The translations under genes were made by a program, and so were the position numbers. A stretch of DNA of 48,687 nt, from the NCBI GenBank assembly GCA_036521675.1, contig DATDHG010000047.1, positions 1 through 48,687 on the forward strand, written 5' to 3'. Source of the DNA: Candidatus Dormiibacterota bacterium (GTDB taxonomy: Bacteria; Chloroflexota; Dormibacteria; Aeolococcales; Aeolococcaceae). Below the pieces are notes generated by a model that worked only from the letters and a program-made list of their open reading frames with translations, ran no database searches and was not told the DNA's origin. Positions 9,821-17,602 of the stretch are shown here, piece after piece (within the stretch, counting starts at the first letter, position 1; each line of letters starts with the position of its first letter).

Positions 9821-10347
9821 GGCTCCCCGTAGAGCACCTCAACGTCGGCGCGATGGGGCAGGGTACGGCCCTTCGGCAGGACGTCCTCCGTGCCCCAGAC
9901 CGCCGCGCCCACCACGGGCGCCCCCGAGCGCAGGGCGAGGAAGCCGACTCCCGGATGCGCGCGCTGCAGGGCGGTGGCCTCGGCGCGCGTCCCCTCGGGG
10001 TACATCACCAGCACGTGGCCCTCGGCCAGGCAGCGCAGGCTGTACCTCAGGGCGGCGCGGTCAGCGCTCTGCCGGATCACGGGAAAGGCGTTCCAGCCCA
10101 CGAGGAGGAAGCGGGCGAAGCGCGTCCGGAATACCTCGGCCTTGGCCATGGAGAAGACGTCGGTGCGCGGGATGAGCGATCCCACCAGGGGTGGATCGAT
10201 GGTGGCGACGTGATTGCCGACCACGATCACCGGCCCCGTCAAGGGGACGTTGGCCAGGTTGCGGACGTGCAGGCGGCGGCCGAGCACGATGAGCGTGAGC
10301 AGGCGCATCAGCGCGCGTTCGGCGGGATATCGCCAATGTGGTCTCAA
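9691..10347 (-). CDS. plsC: 1-acyl-sn-glycerol-3-phosphate acyltransferase
   Basis: ORF 9691..10347. Motifs are the HX4D box GNHVATIDP and MYPEGTRA. The start TTG overlaps the cmk stop (TTGA). Confidence 0.85.
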   Translation of the reverse strand: MRPHWRYPAERALMRLLTLIVLGRRLHVRNLANVPLTGPVIVVGNHVATIDPPLVGSLIPRTDVFSMAKAEVFRTRFARFLLVGWNAFPVIRQSADRAALRYSLRCLAEGHVLVMYPEGTRAEATALQRAHPGVGFLALRSGAPVVGAAVWGTEDVLPKGRTLPHRADVEVLYGEPCPVQRHHPDGRRVTSQEAADEIMARVASLLPERYRGVYPSVC

Positions 10348-11072
10348 ACCGGCTCTCCCGCAAGGCCCCCGGGAACAGCGAGACCGCGAGCGCGGCAGAG
10401 GGCGACGGCCTCGGCCACCATGGCGGTGACGCTGACCGTGCCCGTGTCGATCATATGAGCGTCCGCAGCGGGCCGCAACGGAGAGGCGGCGCGGTCGCGG
10501 TCCAGGGCGTCGCGCCCGGCGATCTCATCGCTGAGCGCCGCTTCGTCGATACCCGTGCCGGCGGCGGCGAGCTGGAGCGCGCGCCGGTGGGCGCGCACCT
10601 CGGGAGCCGCCCAGAGGTAGAACTTGACCATCGCATCGGGAAACACGACCGTCCCGCAGTCCCGGCCCACGGCGACCGCGCCGCACCGCTGCGCGGGGCG
10701 GCGCTGCTGCGTCAGGATGGCCGCGCGGACCCCGGGGATAGCGCTGAGGGTGGAGAGCAGGGTGGCGAGGCGCGGATCGCGGGCCAGCTCGCCCGGGTCG
10801 ACGCCGTCGACGCGCAGCTGCCAGCCGCCCTCGGTCGCCCCTGGATCGGTGTTGACCTCGATCTGTGTGCGCTGCGCCAGGGCGGCGGCACCGTCGCTGT
10901 CGCGGGGGTCGAGCCCGGACGCCACCGCCGCCACCATGACCCCGCGGTAGAAAAGGCCGGTGTCGATGAGGGGCAGGGCCAGCGCGAGCGCCAGACGACG
11001 GCCGAGCGTGGACTTCCCACTTCCCGCCGTGCCGTCGACGGTCACCACCCGGGCGGCGGCGCCCGAGTTCAT
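10344..11072 (-). CDS. cmk: cytidylate kinase
   Basis: ORF 10344..11072. Motifs are the P-loop VDGTAGSGKSTLGRRLA, and IDTGLFYRG. The ATG overlaps the upstream stop (ATGA). Confidence 0.9.
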   Translation of the reverse strand: MNSGAAARVVTVDGTAGSGKSTLGRRLALALALPLIDTGLFYRGVMVAAVASGLDPRDSDGAAALAQRTQIEVNTDPGATEGGWQLRVDGVDPGELARDPRLATLLSTLSAIPGVRAAILTQQRRPAQRCGAVAVGRDCGTVVFPDAMVKFYLWAAPEVRAHRRALQLAAAGTGIDEAALSDEIAGRDALDRDRAASPLRPAADAHMIDTGTVSVTAMVAEAVALCRARGLAVPGGLAGEPV

Positions 11073-11836
11073 GAGGGGGCTCGCACGCGCGCGGGCGGGG
11101 TCAGCCCTACGGCGCCATAGAGGCGCTGTTCCTCCGCCGCGGTCAGCCGGCGCGCCGACCCCTCACGCAGCCGCCCCAGGCGCTGCGGACCGATGGCGAT
11201 GCGCACCAGATCCAACGCAGGCGTGCCCACCGCGGCGCAGAGGCGGCGCACCTCCCGCTTGCGGCCCTCGGTCATCGCGAGCTCGATGACGTCGCCCTCG
11301 CGACCCCGCTCGCGGAGCTCGACCGCGGCGGCTCGGGCCCAGCCGTCCTCCAGCTCCACACCGTGGCGCAGCGCCCGCAGGACGCGCTCGCCGGCCCGGC
11401 CCCGTACTGTCACGAGGTAGCGCTTGACGACCCCGTGGCGCGGATGGGTGAGCCGCAGCGCCAGCTCGCCGTCGGTGCTGAGCAGGATCAGCCCCCGGCT
11501 GGCAGTATCGAGCCGGCCCACCGGGAACAGGCCATGAGCCTCGTCGACCAGGTCGAGCACGGTCGCGCGCCCCTGCGGATCGTGGCGGGTGCTGACCACG
11601 CCGGCCGGCTTGTTGAGCATCAGCGTGCGCCTCGCCAGCGGGGGCGGGAGCGGCCGGCCGTCGACTGTGACCACGTCGCGCCCCGGGTCGACGAGGGTCC
11701 CGGGGACCGCAGGGCGACCGTTGAGCCGGACGCGACCGGCGCCCACGAGCTGATCGGCCCCTCTTCTCGAAGCCACGCCCCGCTCTGCAAGAAGGCGATT
11801 GACGCGCACCGCCTCCACGTCGGGAACCGGGGTCAT
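11069..11836 (-). CDS. rluB: RsuA/RluB-family rRNA pseudouridine synthase
   Basis: ORF 11069..11836. It has the S4 domain RVNRLLAERGVASRRGADQLV, the catalytic block PVGRLDTASRGLILLSTDGEL, and KRYLV. Confidence 0.88.
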   Translation of the reverse strand: MTPVPDVEAVRVNRLLAERGVASRRGADQLVGAGRVRLNGRPAVPGTLVDPGRDVVTVDGRPLPPPLARRTLMLNKPAGVVSTRHDPQGRATVLDLVDEAHGLFPVGRLDTASRGLILLSTDGELALRLTHPRHGVVKRYLVTVRGRAGERVLRALRHGVELEDGWARAAAVELRERGREGDVIELAMTEGRKREVRRLCAAVGTPALDLVRIAIGPQRLGRLREGSARRLTAAEEQRLYGAVGLTPPARVRAPS

Positions 11837-11847
11837 GACCGCTAGCG

Positions 11848-12561
11848 TCAGGCGGAGGTCGGGGCGGGCGCGGCGGGGGCGTCACCGGCCGGCTCGGGCT
11901 CGGCCTCCGCGACCAGCCCAAGGCTCGCGGCGCTGAGCACCGGGGTGGCGCCCGCGGCCAGCGGGGGCAGCTGCTCGACGCGTTCCAGCCCGACGACCTG
12001 GAGAAAGCGCAGGGTCGTCCCGAAAAGCCGGGGCTGCCCCGGCGAGTCCTGGCGGCCCACCTCGGTGATGAGCTCGCGGCGCTCCAGGCTGTCGAGCACG
12101 GCCTCGCAGTTCACGCCCCGGATGGCCTCGATGGACCCCCGCGTGACCGGCTGCCGGTAGGCGACGATCGCCAGCGTCTCCAGTGACGCCCGGCTGAGCC
12201 GACCCGGGCGCTCAGGGTTGAGGGCGCGCTGCACGGCCCAGGCCACCTCGGGCCGGGTCACGAGCTGGATCTCGTCGTGGTGACGCTGGAGCATGAGACC
12301 GCGGCGGCGCAGCTCGGTTGCCACCACCTCGGCGGCTTCGTCCACGGCCGTGGTCGAACGACCCAGGATGGCCGCCACCTCGCCGAGGGTCAGCGCGCGG
12401 TTGAGCGCAAAACAGATCGCCTCGAGCGCGGGGGCCAGGTCGAACGGATCGGCGTCGCGCGCCCAGGCTGGGACCGGATGCATGTCGGCTCGGCCGGCTT
12501 CAGCCGCCGGCTCGAGCACGGGCTCGACCGCTGGCTCGAGGTCCTCGGTCGTGCCCGTCAT
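11848..12561 (-). CDS. scpB: segregation and condensation protein B
   Basis: ORF 11848..12561. Motifs are LEAICFAL...LTLGEVA, ETLAIVAYRQPVTRGSIEAIRGVN and FGTTLRFL. Confidence 0.88.
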   Translation of the reverse strand: MTGTTEDLEPAVEPVLEPAAEAGRADMHPVPAWARDADPFDLAPALEAICFALNRALTLGEVAAILGRSTTAVDEAAEVVATELRRRGLMLQRHHDEIQLVTRPEVAWAVQRALNPERPGRLSRASLETLAIVAYRQPVTRGSIEAIRGVNCEAVLDSLERRELITEVGRQDSPGQPRLFGTTLRFLQVVGLERVEQLPPLAAGATPVLSAASLGLVAEAEPEPAGDAPAAPAPTSA

Positions 12562-13373
12562 CCCTCGCCCTCCGCCGTCACGGTGATCTCTCCGAAGCTG
12601 GATTCCTGGTCGACCCTGGCAGCGCCCTCCTTGACCAGTTCAAGGAGCGCGAGAAAGACGGCCACGGCCTCGAGCCGCGCGGTCACGCCTTCGAAGAGTT
12701 CCTCGAAAGCGAGCCGGCGGCGGGCACCCAGCAGCTCGCGCAGCCCGGCGACCTTGTCCGGAACCGAGAAGGTGACCAGGTCCAGCGGCAGGGGTTCGGC
12801 CTCGGCGATCCTTTCGAGCACCTGCCGCAGGGCCGCCGCGAGACGCTCCGGGGGGATGGACAGCCGCTCGCTCGGGATCACCTCGGCGGCCACCATGCCC
12901 AGGAAGCTGCGCATCCCCTGGTCGGCGGCCTCGGCCAGCAGGGCCTCGGCGGCGGCCCGGAAGAGGCGGTATTCGGCAAGCCGCTCCCCGGGATCGTCGA
13001 AGACCCCGGCCTCGTCGCCCGCCTCCTCGTTGGTCACCTCCAGCGACCCCTCCGGAAGGAGCCGGTTGGCCTTGAGAGCCAGCAGCCGCGAGGCGAGGTT
13101 GAGGAACTCGGCGACGGTGCGAGCGTCGGGTGGCGTGGGGGACGAGAGCTGCTCAGTGAACCCACTGGTGATCTCGGCGACAGGGATGGAGGCGAGGTCG
13201 ATCTCGCCCCTCTGCGCGCGGGCCACCAGCTCATCGAGGGTGCCGGTGAAGCCCTCGACGCTGACCGGGAAGCGGATCTCGGCCTGGCCGTCGGCGAGCA
13301 GGGGCGCAGCCGCGGGGGCCGCCCCTGGGGCCATCTGGCTGGACTGTGCCGCGTGGTTGCCGGGTGCGGTCAT
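12558..13373 (-). CDS. scpA: segregation and condensation protein A
   Basis: ORF 12558..13373. The motif is FTGTLDELVARAQRGEIDLASIPVAEIT. It shows kleisin-like organisation and sits directly upstream of scpB with a 4-nt overlap. Confidence 0.85.
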   Translation of the reverse strand: MTAPGNHAAQSSQMAPGAAPAAAPLLADGQAEIRFPVSVEGFTGTLDELVARAQRGEIDLASIPVAEITSGFTEQLSSPTPPDARTVAEFLNLASRLLALKANRLLPEGSLEVTNEEAGDEAGVFDDPGERLAEYRLFRAAAEALLAEAADQGMRSFLGMVAAEVIPSERLSIPPERLAAALRQVLERIAEAEPLPLDLVTFSVPDKVAGLRELLGARRRLAFEELFEGVTARLEAVAVFLALLELVKEGAARVDQESSFGEITVTAEGEG

Positions 13374-15121
13374 CGACGGCCCATGGTAGGGAGGCGCTCG
13401 CCCGCGTCGACCTGCCCCCCCTCGGCGAGAAGCTCGGTCGCCCGGGCGATCGCCGCAGCCGTGATCCGGCCGGACATCAGCCGGGCGATCTCGTCAGGAC
13501 GCCCCGCTTCGGTGAGGCTCGTGGCGACCGCCTCGGCGCCCCCGGCGCCCTCGCGGCGGGAGAGCAGCACATGGTGCGCGGCCCGGGCCGCGATCTCGGC
13601 GCGGTGGGTCACCACCAGGACCTGGCGCGTCCGCCCGATGGACGCCAGGGCCTCCCCCACCCGCGCCGCGGTCTCGCCGCCCAGCCCGGTGTCGATCTCG
13701 TCGAGCACGAGAGTCGGACACTCGTCAACCAGGGCTGTGACCGCGCGCAGGGCCAGGGCCACTCGGGAGAGCTCACCTCCGGACACGCCCTCATCAAGCG
13801 GCAGCGGGACGCCGTCGGCGGAGGCGGCGAAGCGGAAGTCGACCGCGTCGACGCCCTCGGGGGAGCAGGTCACGGCCTCACCGTCGATGGTCACCCCGGC
13901 CGGGTCCGGACGGCGCCCCAGCACGACTCGGAAGCGGGCTTTGGGCAGGCGCAGCCTGCGCAGTTCCTCGGTCACGGTCCGCTCCAGACGCCTGGCGGCC
14001 GCGACCCGCAGCCCCGAGAGCCGCGCCGCGGCCTCGCCCGCCTCGAGGCGGCGGGCGTCTCGCGCCGCCGTGGCGGCGGCGATGGAGCCACCTCCGGCCT
14101 CGGCGGCGGCGAGCGTCCGCTCCGCGGCATCCAGGGCCGCTATCGCCGCCTCAAGGGAGCCCCCGAAGCGGCGCCGAACGCGCTCCAGGAGGTCGAGTCG
14201 CTCCTCCAACTCGCCGAGCCGGCAGGCGTCCACCTCGATGCCCGCGGCCACGCCGCGCGCCCGGGCGGCGAGGTCGCGGAGCTCCTCCACGGCCGCGGCG
14301 CATCCGTCAAGGACCAGGTCCACAGCGGCGTCGACCCCCATGATCGGGCCGCCCGCGGCGCGGGCCGCAGCCAGGGTGTCGGCGGCGCCGAGCGCCTCGT
14401 CGCCGCCCCCACAGGCGTGGTGGACGCCCTCCATCGCCGCCTGGAGCGCCGCCGCCGCCCGCAGCCGCCGGCACTCAGCCGCGAGCTCGGAGTCCTCGCC
14501 GGCGCGAAGCCTCAGTGGACGCAGGTCTGCGGCGAGCGCCCGAGCCTCAGCCAGCTCGGCGGCGGTGGCGGCGGCCGCGCCGATGGCCTGGGCGCGCGCG
14601 GCGTCAGCCTCGCGCCAGCCCAGCACCGCCGAGGCGACCGCGGTTCGGGACAGGGTGATCGGCTCGCCGCCGAAAGCGTCGAGCAGGGCGCGCTGCCGCG
14701 CCGGCCGGAGCAGGCGCTGGCTCTCGCCCTGCGCAGTGACCTCGATCAGCGTTTCGCCGATGGCGCGCAGCGTCGCCGTGGAGACCAGCGCGCCGTTGAC
14801 GCGGCTGGTGCCGCGGCCGCTGCGTGAGACCTCACGGCAGAGCGTGAGCAGCTCGTCGTCGGGAATGCCGTGCGCCTCCAGCAACGACCGGGCGGCGCCA
14901 GGGACCTCGTCGAAGACGGCGGTCGCCGTCCCCGTGTTCGCGCCGGCGCGGATCAGCTCTGCCTCGATCCTGGCGGCGCCAAGCGCCAGGCGCAGCGCGG
15001 TGATGCACAGCGTCTTGCCGGACCCGGTCTCGCCCGTGACCGCGGTGAGCGCCGGGCCGGGCGTGACCATGACGGCGCCCAGGAGCGCCAGGTTGCACGC
15101 GCGCAGCTCGACCAGCGCCAT
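13370..15121 (-). CDS. recN: DNA repair protein RecN
   Basis: ORF 13370..15121. It has Walker A VTGETGSGKT, a long coiled-coil middle section, the signature SGGELSRVALAL and Walker B LVLDEIDTGLGG. Confidence 0.92.
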   Translation of the reverse strand: MALVELRACNLALLGAVMVTPGPALTAVTGETGSGKTLCITALRLALGAARIEAELIRAGANTGTATAVFDEVPGAARSLLEAHGIPDDELLTLCREVSRSGRGTSRVNGALVSTATLRAIGETLIEVTAQGESQRLLRPARQRALLDAFGGEPITLSRTAVASAVLGWREADAARAQAIGAAAATAAELAEARALAADLRPLRLRAGEDSELAAECRRLRAAAALQAAMEGVHHACGGGDEALGAADTLAAARAAGGPIMGVDAAVDLVLDGCAAAVEELRDLAARARGVAAGIEVDACRLGELEERLDLLERVRRRFGGSLEAAIAALDAAERTLAAAEAGGGSIAAATAARDARRLEAGEAAARLSGLRVAAARRLERTVTEELRRLRLPKARFRVVLGRRPDPAGVTIDGEAVTCSPEGVDAVDFRFAASADGVPLPLDEGVSGGELSRVALALRAVTALVDECPTLVLDEIDTGLGGETAARVGEALASIGRTRQVLVVTHRAEIAARAAHHVLLSRREGAGGAEAVATSLTEAGRPDEIARLMSGRITAAAIARATELLAEGGQVDAGERLPTMGRR

Positions 15122-15122
15122 C

Positions 15123-15304
15123 TAGGAGCCCGTCTCGGTACGCCGCGGCTGATGCGCCGGCCGGGCCGACGAGGTCAAGGAGGTGCACGAGCACCGCTGG
15201 GAGTGGATCAATAGATCCGTGACCGAGGCGCGCAGAAGCCGACGCCGAGATCGGCGAGTCCGGGTGGATGCAGCGGTCGCGTGCATTACCGAGACGGGCT
15301 CCTA
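15123..15304. mobile_element. MITE-like element: 178 bp bounded by perfect 16-bp terminal inverted repeats plus flanking TA/TA (an 18-bp perfect stem in total)
   Basis: Sequence 15123-15140, TAGGAGCCCGTCTCGGTA, is the exact reverse complement of 15287-15304, TACCGAGACGGGCTCCTA. The arms continue as an imperfect palindrome toward the apex GGATC-AATA-GATCC at 15205-15218. The element fills the only large gap (180 nt) in an otherwise overlapping gene series. Confidence 0.45.
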
Positions 15305-16219
15305 AGCGTCCCCGCGCGGAGCCGTCGACTCCGGGCCAGGCGCCGTGGGCGGCTCCGCCCCAGTGGGGTCGCCGCCGGGCTGCTTCAGCGGGGTGCCGAG
15401 CCGCATCTTCTCGCGCAGCCGGCGCAGGAAACTCGGCGACTCCTGCAGGTGCACCACCTCCAACTCGGGTCCGGGGTCGATCATCACACGCATGCCCGCG
15501 CGAAGCGCCACCTCGAGGTAGCCGTCCGCGATCGCGTAAGCGCGGCCGTGGACCAGGGTCACGGCCAGGCTGGTCACCTCCGGGAGGACCACTGCCCTGG
15601 TGAGCACGGCGAAGGCGGCGAGGGGCACGACTGTGACCGCGCGCACGCGCGGATCGACCGGCGGGCCCCCGGCGCTGAGCGCGTATGCGGTGGAGCCGGT
15701 GGCGGTGGCGACGATCACGCCATCGGCGTCGAACTCGCCGAGCAGCTCGCCGTCGGCATCGACGCGCAGGCGCGCCAGGTTGGTCCCGACCGACCTCACG
15801 ACGACCTCGTTGAGGGCATGGGCGTGCGCCTGAAGCGGGCCCGCGGGATCGTCTCCGGGCACGCTCAGCTCGAGGAGGGAACGGCGGTGACTGTGCGCCC
15901 GACCGTCCAGGAAGGCGCGCAGCGCCGCTGGCAGGGCACTCACCTCGATGTCCGTGAGGAAGCCGAGCTGGCCGCGGTTGGCGCCGAGCACGGGGACCCC
16001 GCGTGGGCCTGCCAGCCGAGCGCCGAGCAGGAACGTCCCGTCGCCGCCGACGGTCACCAGCAGCCGGCAACCCCCGAGGCGCTCCCCGAGAACCTGCTCG
16101 GGGTTCTGGCAGGCGACCCAGGCCACCAGCTCGTGGGCCTCCACGACCGTCAGCGCCTCGGCGAGCGCCGCCTCGCTCTCCCGAGGGTGGAGCAGGAAGC
16201 CGACGCTGGGGGCATTCAC
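15302..16219 (-). CDS. nadK: NAD kinase
   Basis: This is part of ORF 15302..16333. Motifs are VTVGGDGTFL, NRGQLGFLT and ATGSTAYALSAGGP. The start GTG 16219 overlaps the tlyA stop (GTGA). The stop codon is TAG. Confidence 0.9.
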   Translation of the reverse strand: MNAPSVGFLLHPRESEAALAEALTVVEAHELVAWVACQNPEQVLGERLGGCRLLVTVGGDGTFLLGARLAGPRGVPVLGANRGQLGFLTDIEVSALPAALRAFLDGRAHSHRRSLLELSVPGDDPAGPLQAHAHALNEVVVRSVGTNLARLRVDADGELLGEFDADGVIVATATGSTAYALSAGGPPVDPRVRAVTVVPLAAFAVLTRAVVLPEVTSLAVTLVHGRAYAIADGYLEVALRAGMRVMIDPGPELEVVHLQESPSFLRRLREKMRLGTPLKQPGGDPTGAEPPTAPGPESTAPRGDA

Positions 16220-16974
16220 CGGGCGGCCCCCTTCAGGGTCAGATGGATCAGCCACTCCCGGTTGCCCTTCTGACCGGTGATGGGCGAAGCGAGCGGTCCG
16301 CTCCCACCCGCCCCCAGCTCTGCGCCCGCCCATGCCAACAGGGCGGTGGCAGCCGCCTCCCCGGCAGCGGGGTCACGGACGATCCCGTTCCGCCCCACCT
16401 GATCGCGCCCGAGCTCGAACTGCGGCTTGACCAGGGCGATCACCTCCCCGCCCGCCGCGGCCAGCGCGGCCACTCGGGGGAGCACCAGGCGCAACGAGAT
16501 GAAGGACAGGTCGAGCGTGGTGAGCGCGGGCGGCTCCCCGGGGAGCGAACGCAGGCTACGAAGATTGGTGCGGTCGAGCACCCGCACCCGCCGGTCGGTC
16601 GCCAGGCGCTGGACCAGCTGGCCATAGCCGACGTCAACGGCGTAGACCATGGCGGCGCCCCGGCTCAGAAGCACGTCGGTGAAGCCGCCGGTGGAGGCGC
16701 CCGCGTCGAGGCAGGTCCTCCCCCCCACGTCAACGCCGAACCCTTCGAGGGCTGCGGCCAGCTTGATCCCTCCCCGGCTGGCCCAGGGGTGGTCGCGACC
16801 GGTCACCACCACCGCCACAGCATCGCTGATCCGCTGCGCGGCGCTGCGCGCGGGGGCCTCCCCAAGTCGCACCAGGCCGGCGGCGATGAGCGCCTGGGCG
16901 CGCTCGCGCGAGGATGCCAGCCCCCGCTCCACCATGGCGAGGTCCAGGCGCTGCCCTCTGGCCGGTGTGGTCAT
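16216..16974 (-). CDS. tlyA: TlyA-family rRNA (cytidine-2'-O)-methyltransferase
   Basis: This is part of ORF 16216..17034. It has the S4-like RLDLAMVERGLASSRERAQALI and the FtsJ-type SAM site CLDAGASTGGFTDVLL. The start ATG 16974 is preceded by GGGGAGGTGGTC (Shine-Dalgarno). The longer start at 17034 remains possible. Confidence 0.88.
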   Translation of the reverse strand: MTTPARGQRLDLAMVERGLASSRERAQALIAAGLVRLGEAPARSAAQRISDAVAVVVTGRDHPWASRGGIKLAAALEGFGVDVGGRTCLDAGASTGGFTDVLLSRGAAMVYAVDVGYGQLVQRLATDRRVRVLDRTNLRSLRSLPGEPPALTTLDLSFISLRLVLPRVAALAAAGGEVIALVKPQFELGRDQVGRNGIVRDPAAGEAAATALLAWAGAELGAGGSGPLASPITGQKGNREWLIHLTLKGAAR

Positions 16975-17046
16975 GACCACCTCCCCGTCAGGCGCATGCG
17001 CGGTGCCCACAGGCGGTTCGGCGAGGTCGGGCACGGCGCCGGCGTC

Positions 17047-17529
17047 TCAGAAGGGGATGTCGTCGAGGTCGAACTCGGCGGCCTCGTCGGAAGGGGGCGG
17101 CGCGGGGCCCGGCTCCAGGCCCCCGAAGAGCCCGGGAGCCGCTGGCGCGCCGGCTTCCGAGGCAGCGGGTTGAGGTCGCTGGGCGCCGCGGGCCCGCAGC
17201 GGCGCGGTCGGCGGGGGCGGGGCCACGGGGGGTGCGGTGGCGCGCGCCGGGCGGACGGCAGCCCCGGAGGCCGCCCCGGCCGCGCCACCCCCGGCCGAGA
17301 AGGGCCGCTCCTCGACAGTCCCCTGGGCGCCCACCACCAGCTGGGTGACCGCCGCCTCGGTGCTGTCGAGCAGGGCCGCACACCGCTGCGCGAGCTGGGA
17401 GCCGCGCTGATAGGCGTTGATCGCGTCGTTGAGATTGATGTCGCCACGCTCGAGCTGAGCGATGAGCAGGTCGAGCTCCGCGAGCGCCTGCTCGTAGCTG
17501 AGGGTTTCGACGTCGCTGGTCGTGCTCAT
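17047..17529 (-). CDS. xseB: exodeoxyribonuclease VII small subunit with long disordered C-terminal extension
   Basis: This is part of ORF 17047..17541. The XseB core is LSYEQALAELDLLIAQLERGDINLNDAINAYQRGSQLAQRC. The ATG at 17529 is preceded by GGTGGAGTCAGCC. About 90 extra Gly/Ala/Pro-rich residues follow the core and end in FDLDDIPF. Confidence 0.85.
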   Translation of the reverse strand: MSTTSDVETLSYEQALAELDLLIAQLERGDINLNDAINAYQRGSQLAQRCAALLDSTEAAVTQLVVGAQGTVEERPFSAGGGAAGAASGAAVRPARATAPPVAPPPPTAPLRARGAQRPQPAASEAGAPAAPGLFGGLEPGPAPPPSDEAAEFDLDDIPF

Positions 17530-17602
17530 GGCTGACTCCACCGCCTGGCATCGGGCCCGGCGTCAACATCGTACATACGTTCGCGACCGCCGTCGAGATC
17601 GG

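Noticed and set aside
15122-15286. The 54-codon frame inside the inverted-repeat element as a bona fide protein gene.
   Set aside because: Its product is an Arg/Ser/Thr-rich basic peptide with lower GC3 than real genes here. The Shine-Dalgarno-like AGGAG is 12 nt from its ATG. I kept it only as a possible coupling uORF within the finding and did not call it as a feature.
15122-15301. An SOS (LexA) operator upstream of recN.
   Set aside because: I found no CGAAC-N4-GTTCG-type or CTGT-N8-ACAG-type palindrome in the spacer. The only strong symmetry there is the terminal inverted repeat described above.
15123-15304. The inverted-repeat element interpreted as a retron msr/msd, an integron attC site, a CRISPR remnant or a tRNA.
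   Set aside because: No reverse transcriptase, integrase or cas genes are nearby. There are no GTTRRRY/RYYYAAC attC core sites, no repeat-spacer periodicity and no tRNA cloverleaf or T-loop consensus.
14832-16070. A 412-aa minus-strand ORF bridging the recN 5' end, the intergenic element and nadK. Similar out-of-frame minus-strand ORFs include 610..1212, 18477..19106, 20923..21819, 34933..35859 and 43801..44817.
   Set aside because: These are alternative-frame shadows of real genes on the same strand. Their composition is dominated by Arg, Pro, Gly and Ala, and they have no motifs.
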